Below, one piece after another: positions 17,270-31,812 of a stretch of DNA of 64,000 nucleotides. The notes beneath the pieces are model-generated. The model was not told the DNA's origin and did not search any database. It worked only from the letters and a program-made list of their open reading frames with translations. Within the stretch, counting starts at the first letter, position 1. Each line of letters starts with the position of its first letter. Made by a program: the position numbers and the translations under genes. The stretch lies in the NCBI RefSeq assembly GCF_009914755.1, contig NC_060943.1; one strand, 5' to 3'. Origin of the DNA: the human T2T-CHM13v2.0 reference genome, Homo sapiens.

Positions 17270-18050
17270 TGACGCTGTGAAATAGATATTTGGTCTCTGT
17301 GGCATATAACTCCAAAAGCCCTTAGAAACTCCACCGTGATGTCTTTTTCTATGCTAATGGGTTGACTAGTAGCTGGCAGCTGGCAGGTAGCTTCAGGATG
17401 GGGCTGCTTACTGGAAAGAACAAGGAAGGATTAGAGGATTAGACTTATAGTACTTCCCCCTCCCCCAACCTCCAGTGAGGGGAGAGGAGCTGAGGGTGAA
17501 GTTGATCACTGGTGCCTACCTAATGAAACTTTCATAAAAACCTAAGAGGACCAGGTTCAGAGAAATTCTGGGAAGGTGACATGCCCAGAGAGGGCATGGA
17601 AGCTCCATGCCCCTTACCCCATACCTTTGCCCCATGCATCTCTTCATCTGTATCCTTTTGTGATATCCTTTATAATAAACCAGTAAACATAAGTGTTTCC
17701 CTGAGTTCTGTGAGCTGCTCTAGCAAATTAATCAAACCCAAAGAGTGGGTTGTGGGAACCCCAACTTGCAGCTGGTTGGTCACAAGTTCTGGAAGCCTAA
17801 ACTTGCAACTGGTGGGAGGGAGGAGCAGTCTCTTGTGGGACAGAACCCTCAACCTGTGGGATCTGACACTACCTCCGGGCAGACAGTGTCAGAATTGAAC
17901 CGAAGGGCACCCAGCAAAACTGCCACAAAACTGATTGCTTACTTGAGGAGAAACCCACACACATTTGGTCACAGAAGTCTTCTGCCTGTGATTATTGTTG
18001 CTGAGTGTCAGAATACAAACAGCACTTAGAGTTTCAGTAGCTTTTTCCAC
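17270..18050. mobile_element. MER21-like LTR
   Basis: Motifs gttgatcac, cataaaaacc...aggac, taagtgtttccctgagttctgtgagc and gtcacagaagtcttctg; homologous to 41350-41960. Confidence 0.6.
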
Positions 18051-18106
18051 ACTAAGTATACCCCTTTGGGCCAGCAATATTCAGACATTTACATCATAGA
18101 ATTTAA

Positions 18107-18569
<463 letters not shown>

Positions 18570-19511
18570 TGACAAAGATATTGATGGATTCACACCTCTT
18601 TGTTAATGTTGGGCATATTAGCGAGGACAGTTGGGGGAACCTAATTTATTTCATTATAGACCTTGGTATGGTCTGTCTTCTACTAAATCTTTATTTTAAA
18701 AGTTATAATGAAATATATATAAACTAGTATTATTAACATGGCTGAGCTACAGAGGTTTAATACTATGAGTGAGTATGGCAGACAACCCAAAAACATCTCC
18801 ATGGGAGTCCCACAGAGTCTCACAGTTGTAAACTGCACAGACCATCTTAACACACAGGACTCAAAAAGCTACACCCACTCAATTTTTGTGTAGGGGGGAG
18901 CTTGCTAGAAAAAGAATTAATCAGAAATTTTTTAAGTGTAAAAAAAATCGCAGCTAGGATTGGAAGAAAAAAACAACTTAGAGCTTAGCCTAAACAGATG
19001 AATGAACATCCAAGAAGAAAGAACTGTAAAACAGGACAGGATTCTGGAACACAGTGGAAAATGGCAAAAAGAAAGAAGAAAGAAAAGAAAAAGAAAAGGA
19101 AGAAGGAAGGAGAGAAAGAGAAAGAGAAAATAAAGTGAAAGAATAGGAAGGACAGATCCAGAAGTTACACCATTTATCCAGTAGGCATTCCAGGAAGACC
19201 AACTGGATTAAATAATAGTAATAATTGACATCAGGCACAAACAGAATTAATGCCCGAGAGAACAGAGCAAGGAAAATAAAGTGTGATCCATGAAAATGCC
19301 ACACACCCAAGCATAAACACAACAGATGCTTCTAGAAAAAAATGACAAGAATGAATTTAGCTCACCAGAAGGTGAATGGAGAAGCCACAATACAAAGTCC
19401 TACACAAGACTTAATACAAGAAGAAAATGACACAACCTGTACTGAGTCCAGAAAGTGTGAATGAAGAATTTTAAGCCCTGGCAACTTGCAATTTGAACAT
19501 AAAACCAACAT

Positions 19512-19805
19512 TCTTTTTTTTTTTTTTGAGACAGGGTCTCGCTTTTTCACCCAGGCTGGAGTAGAGTGGCATGATCTTGGTTCACTGCAGCCTTGATTTC
19601 CCTGGGCTCAAGCAATCCTCCCACTTCAACCCCCAAGTAGCTGGGACTATAGGAATGCACCACCACACCCAGCTAATTTTTTAGTATTTTTGTAGAGACA
19701 AGATTTTACCATGTTGCCCAGGCTGGTCTCGAACTCCTGAGCTCAAGTGATCCGCATGCCTCAGCTTCCCAAAGTGCTAAGATTACGAGCCACTGCACCT
19801 GGCCC
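19512..19805 (-). mobile_element. AluJ-like
   Basis: Reverse Alu flanked by the direct repeat caacattctt. Confidence 0.85.
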
Positions 19806-21348
19806 ACAACATTCTTAAACTTGGAAAAATGCAGAGGATACTATAGCCAAGTCTTTGGCGTGGGGGAACAAAAAGACTGCATCCAAAGTCTTTGTAGATG
19901 AAATTGAGGCAACCAACAAATAAATTCAAGTAAGAAAGTTGTGGTAAAAGGAGAGGCGGTGAGCAATGACTTAAATACACAGAAGTGAGTCTCAACTGGG
20001 GGAACTTATGGTGACGAATCAGAAGATAACAATGACAATAACAATATAATAACAATCAGAAGATGGTAGGAAGTAAAAACGTGCTAATTGCTTCAACTTT
20101 CACAGCAGGAAGTAATCAATAATATTTAAAATTAAGGTACACAGTAAAAGAAGTGAATCAAATCTTCAAAATTATTTCACAATCTCTTTTCATAAAAAGA
20201 AAGGTTTAGAAAATAATGTTTCATGTGTTGAAAAAACATACTTAAAATTCTGCAATGGCTATGATTTTTTTCAGTTTAAAAGAAAATTAAGAAATATGTA
20301 TATACTAAAGGATAGCCTATTTCCATATCCCTATATTTTCATTTACTTTATATCGCTTGATAGCAGCTTAGAATCTAGACAAAAGAACGAATGAAACTAC
20401 AATTCACTAATTCAATAGATGAACATGGAATCCATATCACTATATGTGTGTGTGCATATATATGTATATATATTTGTAGATATGTGTACATATATGTGTA
20501 TATACACATTTGGCTGTTATGAATGATGCTGCAATTATCATTCTTTGCACATTTATTCTGACTTAGAAAAAATTCTTAGAGTGGGAAATGCTCGACCAGA
20601 ATAAGGAGAACTTCTAGAAAGGCAGAAATACTCCTGCAGCTGTGTGGATGTACCCATTTCTCCATATCCCAGCTAACAGTGCATGTTGACCTTTCAAATC
20701 TTTGGCTGTCTGCTAGAATAATCATAAATCTTATTTCAATGTGTATCATTTTGATTAATAGAGGCTTATAGTCTTTTCATATGATTAGTGGGCATTAGTT
20801 TTTCTCTGCTCCCTTCCTGAACAAGAATGCTCAGGTCTTTATGCATAACCCTCTTCTGAAAATAAGGATATTAAAATTTTGTCATAGATGAAACTTTTCT
20901 AATATGTTTTTCTTTTTTTAACTTTGTGCATGGTATACTTTTGGTAGGGTCTACTACATGGAGAACATTACATCTATAAATGAATAACGTTCCACAGAGG
21001 AGAACAACCCAGGCAGCGATGATTCAGTATTTGGAGAGTCATCTCTCTGCTAATCTAGGCTTGGGCCTCTGCGTGAAGCTATTGCGGTGGCAGGAAGGCA
21101 TAGCGGAAAGGTAGATTATCGAATCCAATTGACCTACCTGAGTTCAAATCCTGGATCCCCCATTCATTTCTTCATCTCTAAAACAGAATCATACTATCTG
21201 TCTCACATCACTATTTTGTGGATAAATGCAACGAGAAATGTATTCACCCAATACATTTTTCGCTCTTTTTCCTTTTACCGAGAAGGGACGTATGTTTTCT
21301 CTCTGATGCCTAAGGTGGTATTTCGGGAGAGAAAAGAAAACAACCCAC

Positions 21349-21407
21349 CTGAGACATGATCTTCTCCTCCCTATCTTGGGAAATGGCTGAGGCTTGAGAA
21401 TGAAGAG
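21349..21407 (-). CDS. ZNF229: ZNF229 small coding exon (ALHSQASAISQDREEKIMSQ)
   Basis: Acceptor ctacag| at 21407 and donor CAG|GTGGGT at 21349; 59 nt keeps phase with the KRAB exon. Confidence 0.88.
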
Positions 21408-21599
21408 CTGTAGGAGGAGAAAGAGGCCATGAGGAGGAGTTGGTGCTGCCTGAAGCTCTAGATCATCTACCTGGTAGGAAGGTGCCCAGCTTTACAGACT
21501 GGTTTCTTCTCACTTGAGGAAATTCCTCAACATCCAACTTTTTCTCCTCCACACTCAGTTTGGATTCTCCCCCCACCCACCCCCTCTATTAGCTGTCAC

Positions 21600-21633
21600 C
21601 TCTTTTCTCATGCCTTGAGGTCAAAGTCTCCAT
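21600..21633 (-). CDS. ZNF229: ZNF229 first coding segment (METLTSRHEKR)
   Basis: ATG at 21633 in accATGG context; donor AG|GTGACA at 21600. Confidence 0.85.
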
Positions 21634-24600
21634 GGTCTCTTCTGCTAGGTTTTCTGCGAGCAGCAGCAACTGTATTTATTCTCTGGTTTTCCTAAGCTGG
21701 AGACGCAGAAGATCCAGGCCTTTTTCATTCCGGAAACTCTCCAAGCTCTGACAAGTTCCTGTCTCCACCTTTACTGTCCAGAGCGTGACTGCTTCCCATG
21801 GTCAGGGGACCTGTAGGTTCGGGAGGGAACTTTACTTAGTCCTTTCTTCTGGGCCCCAAGGCTGTGGTTCACATCCCCTGGATACTATTCATTCAGTAGT
21901 TTACAGGACATTTACTGAGTACTTGTTAGGTTTAGTCCCCTACTCTGAAGGGGCTCATAGTCCACAAAGCCAAGAGTGTTGCAGATGGGTAAGGACAGTC
22001 ACAGAAGAGTCTGTGAGGAGGGTCCTGCAGCTAAATTCTCAGTAAGGCACAGGGCCCCTCAGAAGGGCAGAGAGACCCCACAAATATATGGGACCTGTGA
22101 CCTGTGAAGAAACACCTGGAGAGGAAAAGCTTTATTAACGCAATACTGTTTGACTTGCAAAAAATAAAATACAATATATCCCCATACTTAGGGATTATAG
22201 AAATCAGGATAAAGATTAGAGCCATCTTTAGTCAGCGTTTTTAACTTTTTTTGTGCCATGGCCCCCCTTCACTAATCTGATGATACCTAAAGATCCCTAC
22301 TGAGAATAAAGTTTTAAATGCATAAAATGAAATGCAAAGAATTATATGGAAATACAACCTTCAAAACTATTAAAACTCTGCATGGCTCACTGTGCAAGTA
22401 TAGTGCCACTTTATTAATACATTCAATATAAACAATAAATTTAACTACAATTTCAAAAGAGTAATGAGCATAAACAATACTCTGAAATATTTGCACAAAC
22501 CAGAATATGACATAAAAATATCTATGATGTATATGGATGACAAAGTCACAAGTACTGCTAATAATATTGTGGCTTAGCACCTATGTTCACAATGAAATGC
22601 TACTTGTGACTTAGACTAGTATAATTTTTTTCCCATTCAAATTCATGGAACTCCTGAGTTATGCTCATGGAGCCCAGGGCAAGAATTCCTTTTCAAAATT
22701 AAGCCTCTTCTGCCCCGCCCCACCCCCCAGACTGAATTAATTACTCTGGGATCCAGCAACACATGGTATAAATTGCTGGTTACCACCTTTCACACGGCCT
22801 CCATGGTCAGATCTCTAAGTCATCAAAATAATTGAGTCTTCTTTTTCTTTATTTACCTTTCATGGCTCTGGCACACGGGAAGCACTTAAGGGTCCTAAGC
22901 AATTCTATCAGCAGGAGGTGATGCACACAGATTGAACAAAACTCTTACAATCTGCTCAGAGCTACTCGGGAGGTAGTGCAAAGACAGTGGACATGAGTTT
23001 CCACCCTTCCCCACCTTGCCTGACCTCTTTCCTCTTGAAATTCAAGTCTCAAGGTCAAGTTCAGACAAACAGATACACATACTTGGGCTGTCTACTCTAG
23101 GACACTCACTGGATTTTACTGCTTCAGGAACTCAAATCTCCTTCTTTCCTCTAACCATCTGTACCAGCCCTCTGCATGGCCCACAGTGACAAGCATCTTT
23201 CTCTCTCCCTCCCTTCATGCACTGCCCTGAACTGGGGATTGCCCTTTGACCCAGGTGTGGACAACCAGGCAACACGCTACCCTCCTACACAAAGGACAAA
23301 GGGAAGAGTAGAGGCCAGATCTGAAACAAGGCCTCCACCGCAATGCCACTTAAACTCAAACTTCAGGATCCTCTAGGACTGCGCTTTGCAAACTTCAGTA
23401 TGTTTAAAAATCACCATGAGCAATGATGAAAACAGACTGCTAGAGTCCAGCTCCAAAGATTCTAATTCTGTATCTCTGCAGTAGAGCCCAGGAGTCTGTG
23501 TTTTAAACGTTTCCAGGGGATGCTGACAAAGTGAGTCCAGGGGCCACACCTGAAGCAAACTTGCTAAGTTACCCTCACTTCCTCTGACTGGCTGATTTTC
23601 AGGGTTTCCAGAGACTTCCGGTGGGTAAAAATTTTCCTTGTGCTTCCTCCTCCTATCCCTGAACTCTTCAGGTCAGGAAGCCTCAAGAGTCAGCACATAA
23701 AGTTCTCTATCTTCTTTCACTCCCTTGGTGAACATATCCAGCCTCAGGCCTTCAACACAATCTACACACTGATGACTCCATGGCAACCTGCCATCTCCAC
23801 TCTTATGTCTAAAAAGCAACTCAAAAAACATGTTCAAAAGAAAAGTCCAGATTTGCCCCTAGAGGTACTTCTCTCCTTTGAAATGAAGAGGAAATATTCT
23901 AGTCATCCTTGATTTCTTCCTCGTACTCTACATCCAATCCATCAGCAAATACCTACAAATCAGAACCAGAATCAGATTATTCTTGCTGCCACCGTCCACA
24001 CCATCATGTCTCACCTGCATTAACGTGACAGCCCCCTAAATGGCCTCTGCATTCCTACTCCTGTTCGTTTCAGTCTACTTCCTACACAGCAGCTGGAGTG
24101 ATCTTTTAAAAATATAAACTCATATTCTTCTCTGGCCAAAACCATCATTTTACTCAAAACCTTGCACCAAGGTCCTTTCAATGGCCCAAAGACCTTACAC
24201 TATCTTCCTTCCCAATATTCAGTTTCCCACTTATCCTCCCTCTTTCTCATTCTGCTCAGCTCTGGCTTCCTTGCTGTTCTTCACATGCCCTCATCACCGG
24301 GCCTTCGTGTTGTTCTCTTTGCCTTTTTCCTCAGATGCCTGCAGGCCCCTCACCTGCTTTGGGTCCCTATTCAAGCACCATTTTCTCAGTGAAATTCATC
24401 CCTCATTATCCTTCTCAAATTGGCAAACCAGCACTTCCTACACCCTCCTCCGCTTCATTTTTCTCCATGAAACTGACACCCTACCTACAGTCTATTTTTC
24501 TTGTTGACCATCTTTCTCCACCCACAAGAATGTGAACTCTATGAGGGCCAGTATTTCAGTTGGCACCTGGCACACAGCAGGTGCTCAATAAATATTTAAA

Positions 24601-26302
24601 TGGGAGAACGGGAGTAACCTGAACTCAGCTTGCTGATATGGATCCTTGGGTCCTCTTGATGTCATCTTCACAGCAGAAGTGATTTTCTTCTCCAGTTCAT
24701 GGACTTAGTAATTTGGGTGCTAAGGACTATGCTGGCTGTGTTGGGACCCAAGAGTGAACAGGGCAGACAACGACTCTGTGCTCATGCAGCTGCTAACATT
24801 CTAGGTGGAAATCAGCAGCCATAATGAATATCTACTGTGTTCCATGTGCTTAGGATACATTTCTGGACTGCATGGAGCTCACATTGGGGGAGAAAGAGGG
24901 TGACAGAAAGAGTTGGTACAAAGGCAGTGGGACAAAGAAGTAATGGGAATAAGAGATAATTGCAGAGGTAGAAATAACAAAACTAAAAGAATAATTCCAT
25001 GTAGGGATGAAGAGGAGGAGAAATAAATATGATTCTGAGGTTGAAGTCTGAGGAAAACAGGTAAATTATGAAGTTATGATAAAATAATAAGATAGCAAAA
25101 GGGAAAGCAGGGTTTTGAAAATTGCAGCTCTAGTTTCTCAAAACTGGAGTTGTCAAAAGGTTTAGGTTCGAATTCTGGTTCAGCCACTTTGTAGTTATAT
25201 TAACACCACAGGAGAGACTTAACCTTTTGAATGAGTCTGTACTTCTGTCAAATAAAGATAATCCTTACTTGCAAAACTAAAATAATTTAAGTTTTTCTCT
25301 CTTTCACACACACATGCCTATGTGAATAAACTTCAAAGCCCAGTACGTGGTACACAGAAAATCATCAATATACTATTACCATTGACCCAACCCAGCATTA
25401 ACCTAGGAATACAGGAACTCATGCATTTAGTAAATGTACATTCAGTGTCTAACAACATCTTAGGAGAATAAACACTAGACATACAGCAGTAAATTAAGAT
25501 GGAAAAGGTAATTGTTCTCATGGTGCTTACTTTTGGGTGGGTTAATCTCTCTACAAATTAGGTGACCTTTGGTTGCAAAAAGGGCTATGAAGAAAATAAA
25601 GCAAACATGATAGATTCCTGTTTTCCAACAAGAATGTAGGTGCTATCAGGTGAAACATACGTGGCAGCTGTGGAAAGAGCAACATTAAATCAGGTGGTCA
25701 GGGACAGTCTCTAAGAGCTGCCTGACAAATAAATCAGCTGTGAAAAAAGCTGGGATGAGACAAGTCCAGAAGGAAGCATAAGCGCAAAGACCTGGTTTCT
25801 GTTTAGAAGGTCTCCTGGCCAGGTCTTACCTGTTAAGTTTTTTTAACTTTTTAAACCTTAGCAACTCATCTGTGACATGGGGATAATAGCTAACATACAA
25901 ACTTGCTCAGAAAATTCAATAGAAATACATTCATTTATTCAAATATTTATTGGCAAGCCTGGCACTGTCCTAGACACCATGGATAAATAATACCTGGCAT
26001 ATAGTAAGCACTCAGTTAATATACACCATCACAGTTACTCTAATTATTTCTACCCTGCGTTTCTTCCCTAGCATGGCGCTGAAACAGTGTAAGCCTTTAC
26101 TGACCCAGTGACACACTACTAGGAGCCAAGAAGAGAATACACTAAATAAAGACACTGGGAAATTCCTCAAACCTCCCCCATTTCTAGGGGAAGGCAGGTG
26201 TGGCTAAGGGGTCTGAATGAACATTTGTGATATCAATGGGATGAAGAATGAGGTCACCAAGAGACCTGGCATTGCCACAAAAGAGAACCAAAGTTCACTC
26301 AC

Positions 26303-26390
26303 CTGGAGCTCTAGTGTCAAGAGATGTGGGGTTATTTCTCCTTCTTTTATACAATTATCTCCGAGAAACGAACAATTCCAAGAAGGAAGC
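26303..26390 (-). other. ZNF229: ZNF229 5'UTR exon
   Basis: Strong acceptor ttttctttcacag| and donor CAG|GTGAGT. Confidence 0.7.
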
Positions 26391-27009
26391 CTGTGAAAGA
26401 AAAATGAACAGCAGGATAACATGATTTAATCCCAATTCCCACCACGCCACAGGGGGAAATCTCTCAGTGCCAGCTGGATGTAATCTACCCCTTCCTGTAA
26501 TCTACCCTCGCTACTTGCTTCAGGAGCCGAGGAAAAGAACCTCTCTTCCTACAGGACTCAGAGTACGAGGGACACGCCATTCCTGATGCCCAAAGAAACC
26601 GTCTACAAGCCTACTTTCACTGCCCCTTTCAGGAGACAAGGAGAATCAAGACAAAATCTCAAGATTTGAATCCAGACCTGACTGTCACATGCTGTGGGAC
26701 ACTTACAAGTGAAATTCTGCCTGTGTGTGCTTAGGCGGCTACAAAAAGCAGAGCCAGCAACGATACAGCAAACCAACTCCTAGGACTTGCACAGCGCTTA
26801 ATACATTTCAAAGGATAAAATTAGAACACAGGGAATCTACTTCCTGTTTACAGAAATGACTTCGCAGAAAACTCTGAAATTACTCCACAAGTGGGTGGGC
26901 GGCTACCCTGAGAAAATTCATGTCATCGATCCGCAACTGACACAGTGGAGTCTCCCGCACTGCAGATCTCATCTCAAAGCCAGAGCTGGCCTCAAACTGC
27001 TTTTCCAAG

Positions 27010-27420
27010 CCTGGACTGCGAGGGCTGCCGACCCGGGCCCACCCCGCACAGGCGCTCAGAATGTTCGATACGTGCGCCTCCTTACACCCCTGCCTCACCA
27101 GGCCGAGCTCATGGAAATCCGTGGGCTTCGACCCTCCGCCGCACGTTGTCCCTTCACACTGGTCCTATAGAGCCGATCCTAATTCCCATGGCCTGACAGT
27201 ACAACCGCATGGAGATGCACGTCTCTAAGACGCCTCACCACTGCCTAAGAAGCAATCAAGGTGACGCGCCCACCGGAAACGGAAGTAGTCGACTCGAGGT
27301 GTGGGACTACCTTTCCCAGAACCCTCCGCAGCGCAGTCCGATCCTAGGGGCGATGGTGTCGTAAATGCGCGTCCACCTCGAGTCACGCCCACTGCGAGGC
27401 GGCGGGAGGCGGCATGCAAG
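27010..27420 (-). promoter_or_regulatory. ZNF229: ZNF229 CpG-rich promoter and exon 1 (donor at 27239) with tandem ETS sites and a ZNF143 motif
   Basis: CpG-dense. CCGGAAACGGAAGT at ~27273-27286, GACTACCTTTCCCAGAA (ZNF143/SBS-like) at 27305-27321, and donor GTG|GTGAGG. Confidence 0.8.
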
Positions 27421-28485
27421 GTGTTTCTGAGTTGAAAAGAATGTCTTTACTCAGTACTAACATATTCGCGTTGTAGCAAACCTGACTATATTCTCAAACA
27501 AGCCCATCATCCCATCACCAGGGATATAAAGCATTATTGATTTTCTGGTGTAAAAGCCAACTAAATATTTATTTCAAAAGTAGTTCATATTACATGTAAA
27601 GAATGGTTTAAAAAAAATTCTTACTTAATCCCTGGTTTATGTGAGTAAATATGAATTCTTAAGAATCCCATTTCCCAAATGGCATCATAATATTTTGTAA
27701 TCATTTCTTGCCACAGGTCATATATCGTGGATAGTTCTGTATGTCACAAAAGACGTAGAGATACATAGAGATAATAAAAAAACACAAATTATTTGCAATA
27801 CTTGCCTAGCATTCTTTAGTTTTTAGGGAAGTTACCCCTTTGTCCTGCATTGAACTTACACTTCTAATTTTATGATATCAAAACTACACACAATCACTTT
27901 CTTTAATATTTTCCCAATTTGATGGACTAAATATCCTGTCTTATTTTCCCAATTTGACAGAGTAAATATGCTTATTACCGATTGCATTTCATTGTCATCT
28001 TTTATTGTCATACACTCTCTGTGTATGAATGATATCGCTTCTAAGTGATGAATTGCTCCCCCAGTTTCAACATTTATAAAGTAGTTTAGAAAAAAAAAAA
28101 AACAAAAAACTTCATCTGACAAGGTATATCAGTCTTTTCATTTGTGGCTTCTTTTTTTTCTCCAGTATGACCAAAAAGACATTCCTTAGCCTGATTCCCA
28201 ATAAGTGCATATCTATATTCATTTCAGGCTCTTTCATTTTTCTTTTGAATCACCGCGTGATTCATTTAAGTGTATGATATGAAAGGAAGATGGAGTTTCC
28301 TGTTTCACCAAAGGATTGTCTACTTTTCTTAACAAAATTTACATAAATATTAATTCTTTCCTTTCTGATTTAAACGGCATCCTAATCACTTACTACATTA
28401 CTATATATATAATGAAATATTTTCTGGGATACAAGTGTTTTCTGAAGATAGAGATTGCTTTTTCTGTGCCATGATGAAAGGTTTC

Positions 28486-31142
28486 GCCTCTCCCTCTCCC
28501 TCTCCCTCTCCCTCTCCCTCTCCCTCTCCCTCTCCCTCTCCCTCTCCCTCTCCCTCTCCCTCTCCCTCTCCCTCTCCCTCTCCCTCTCCCTCTCCCTCTC
28601 CCTCTCCCTCTCCCTCTCCCTCTCCCTCTCCCTCTCCCTCTCCCTCTCCCTCTCCCTCTCCCTCTCCCTCTCCCTCTCCCTCTCCCTCTCCCTCTCCCTC
28701 TCCCTCTCCCTCTCCCTCTCCCTCTCCCTCTCCCTCTCCCTCTCCCTCTCCCTCTCCCTCTCCCTCTCCCTCTCCGTCTCCCTCTCGCTCTCCGTCTCCC
28801 TCTCGCTCTCCCTCTCCCCACGGTCTCCCTCTCATGCGGAGCCGAAGCTGGACTGTACTGCTGCCATCTCGGCTCACTGCATCCTCCCTGCCTGATTCTC
28901 CTGCCTCAGTCTGCCGAGTGCCTGCGATTGCAGGCACGCGCCGCCACGCCTGACTGGTTTTGGTGGAGACAGGGTTTCGCTGTGTTGGCCGGGCCGGTCT
29001 CCAGCCCCTAACCGCGAGTGATCCGCCAACCTCGGCCTCCCGAGGTGCCGGGATTGCAGACGGAGTCTCGTTCACTCAGTGCTCAATGGTGCCCAGGCTG
29101 GAGTGCAGTGGCGTGATCTCGGCTCACTACAACCTACACCTCCCAGCCGCCTGCCTTGGCCTCCCAAAGTGCCGAGATTGCAGCCTCTGCCCGGCCGCCA
29201 CCCCGTCTGGGAAGTGAGGAGTGTCTCTGCCTGGCCGCCCATCGTCTGGGATGTGAGGAGCCCCTCTGCCTGGCTGCCCAGTCTGGAAAGTGAGGAGCGT
29301 CTCCGCCCGGCCGCCATCCCATCTAGGAAGTGAGGAGCACCTCTTCCCAGCCGCCATCACATCTAGGAAGTGAGGAGCGTCTCTGCCCGGCCGCCCATCG
29401 TCTGAGATGTGGGGAGCGCCTCTGCCCCGCCGCCCCATCTGGGATGTGAGGGGCGCCTCTGCCCGGCCGAGACCCCGTCTGGGAGGTGAGGAGCGTCTCT
29501 GCCCGGCCGCCCCGTCTGAGAAGTGAGGAGACCCTCTGCCTGGCAACCACCCCGTCTGAGAAGTGAGGAGCCCCTCCGCCCGGCAGCTGCCCCGTCTGAG
29601 AAGTGAGGAGCCTCTCCGCCCGGCAGCCACCCCATCTGGGAAGTGAGGAGCATCTCTGCCCAGCAGCCACCCCGTCCGGGAGGGAGGTGGGGGGGGGTCA
29701 GCCCCCCACCCGGCCAGCCGCCCCATCCGGGAGGGAGGTGGGGGGTCAGCCCCCCCCGCCCGGCCAGCTGTGCCATCCGGGAGGGAGGTGGGGGGGTCAG
29801 CCCCCCTCCCGGCCAGCCGCCCCGTCCGGGAGGTGAGGGGCGCCTCTGCCCGGCCGCCCCTACTGGGAAGTGAGGAGCCCCTCAGCCCGGCCAGCCACCC
29901 CGTCCGGGAGGGAGATGGGGGGGTCAGCCCCCCCACCCGGCCAGCCGCCCCGTCCGGGAGGGAGGTGGGGGGTCAGCCCCCCGCCTGGCCAGCCGCCCCG
30001 TCCGGGAGGGAGGTGGGGGGGTCAGCCCCCCGCCCGGCCAGCCGCCCCGTCTGGGAGGTGAGGGGCGCCTCTGCCCGGCCGCCCCTACTGGGAAGTGAGG
30101 AGCCCCTCTGCCCGGCCAGCCGCCCCGTCCGGGAGGGAGGTGGGGGGGTCGGCCCCCCGCCCGACCAGCCGCCCCATCCGGGAGGGAGGTGGGGGGGTCA
30201 GCCCCCCGCCCGGCCAGCCGCCCTGTCCGGGAGGGAGGTGGGGGTGTCAGCCCCACGCCCGGCCAGCCGCCCCGTCCGGGAGGGAGGTGGGGGGGGTCAG
30301 CCCCCCTGCCCGGCCAGCCGCCCCGTCCGGGAGGTGAGGGGCGCCTCTGCCCGGCCGCCCCTACTGGGAAGTGAGGAGCCCCTCTGCCCGGCCAGCCGCC
30401 CCGTCCGGGAGGGAGGTGGGGGTGTCAGCCCCCCGCCCGGCCAGCCGCCCCGTCCAGGAGGGAGGTGGGGGGGGTCAGCCCCCCCCGACCGGCCAGCCGC
30501 CCCGTCCGGGAGGTGAGGGGCGCCTCTGCCCAGCCACCACCCCGTCTGGGAGGTGTGCCCAACAGCTCATTGAGAACGGGCCAGGATGACAATGGCGGCC
30601 TTGTGGAATAGAAAGGCGGGAAAGGCGGGGAAAAGATTGAGAAATCGGATGGTTGCCGTGTCTGTGTAGAAAGAAGTAGACATGGGAGACTTTTCATTTT
30701 GTTCTGCACTAAGAAAAATTCCTCTGTCTTGGGATCCTGTTGATCTGTGACCTTACCCCCAACCCTGTGCTCTCTGAAACATGTGCTGTGTCCACTCAGG
30801 GTTAAATGGATTAAGGGCGGTGCAAGATGTGCTTTGTTAAACAGATGCTTGAAGGCAGCATGCTCGTTAAGAGTCATCACCAATCCCTAATCTCAAGTAA
30901 TCAGGGACACAAACACTGCGGAAGGCCGCAGGGTCCTCTGCCTAGGAAAACCAGAGACCTTTGTTCACTTGTTTATCTGCTGACCTTCCCTCCACTATTG
31001 TCCCATGACCCTGCCAAATCCCCCTCTGTGAGAAACACCCAAGAATTATCAATAAAAAAATAAATTTAAAAAAATAAATAAATAAATAAATAAATAAATA
31101 AAATAAAATAAAAAAGCTAAAAAAAAAAAAAAAAAAAAAAAA
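28486..31142 (+). mobile_element. Full-length SVA retrotransposon
   Basis: (CCCTCT)n head, Alu-like domain, GC-rich VNTR (~29180-30550), SINE-R, AATAAA and poly-A. TSD GAAAGGTTTC at 28476-28485 and 31143-31152. Confidence 0.97.
28487..28773 (+). repeat. Pure (CCCTCT)n hexamer, about 48 units
   Basis: Directly visible; source of the poly-GR, GE, SP and SL ORFs. Confidence 0.97.
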
Positions 31143-31812
31143 GAAAGGTTTCAGTTACAGTGATAACTCATTTCCTTATCTCTCCCTCCTTGTTGTGTTT
31201 CAAAAATTTCATCCTAGAAGTTCTAGAACTCTCTCTTATAAACAGATTATCGAATTGTTTTGATAAATTCTAAAAAATTGCCAATTGACTCCAAAGCATC
31301 CAAGCCCTTCAGATATTTGGTTCCAAACCCACCCCTCTTTGCTTGGGTAGACACAGTCCTACTTCCCATCCTGTGTCCTCCAGTTTTACAAATGTCTGAA
31401 TTTGCTGCTATTGTTCTTCCCTCTGTAAGTCCATCCTTTCCTGTACTATTAAAATCTTACTCCATATTTAAGACACAACTTGAATATAATTTCCTCTATC
31501 GAGTGTTTTTGAACTCTATATCATAATTCAATGAACAGATCAGTCTGTGATTGGGAGAATTTCATGCGAGTGTAGTGGATGTTAAATACCACTCTCAGAA
31601 CATTCTCATTTCCCCGAGAAATCAATAAATTATATTACTCTGGGATCCAGCAACACATGGTTTAAATTGCTGGTTACCACCTTTCACATGGCCTCCATGG
31701 TCAGATCTCTAAGTCATCAAAATAATTGACTCTTCTTTTTCTTTATTTTCTTTATTTACCTTTCATGGCTCTGGCACATGGGAAGCACTTAAGCAATTCA
31801 ATCAAGTGTCTT

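Noticed and set aside
28393-29075. Poly-GR, GE, SP and SL ORFs
   Set aside because: They are translations of the SVA CCCTCT hexamer, with no gene structure.
29072-31063. Many long GC-rich ORFs
   Set aside because: They lie within the SVA VNTR and SINE-R, which are stop-poor repeats.
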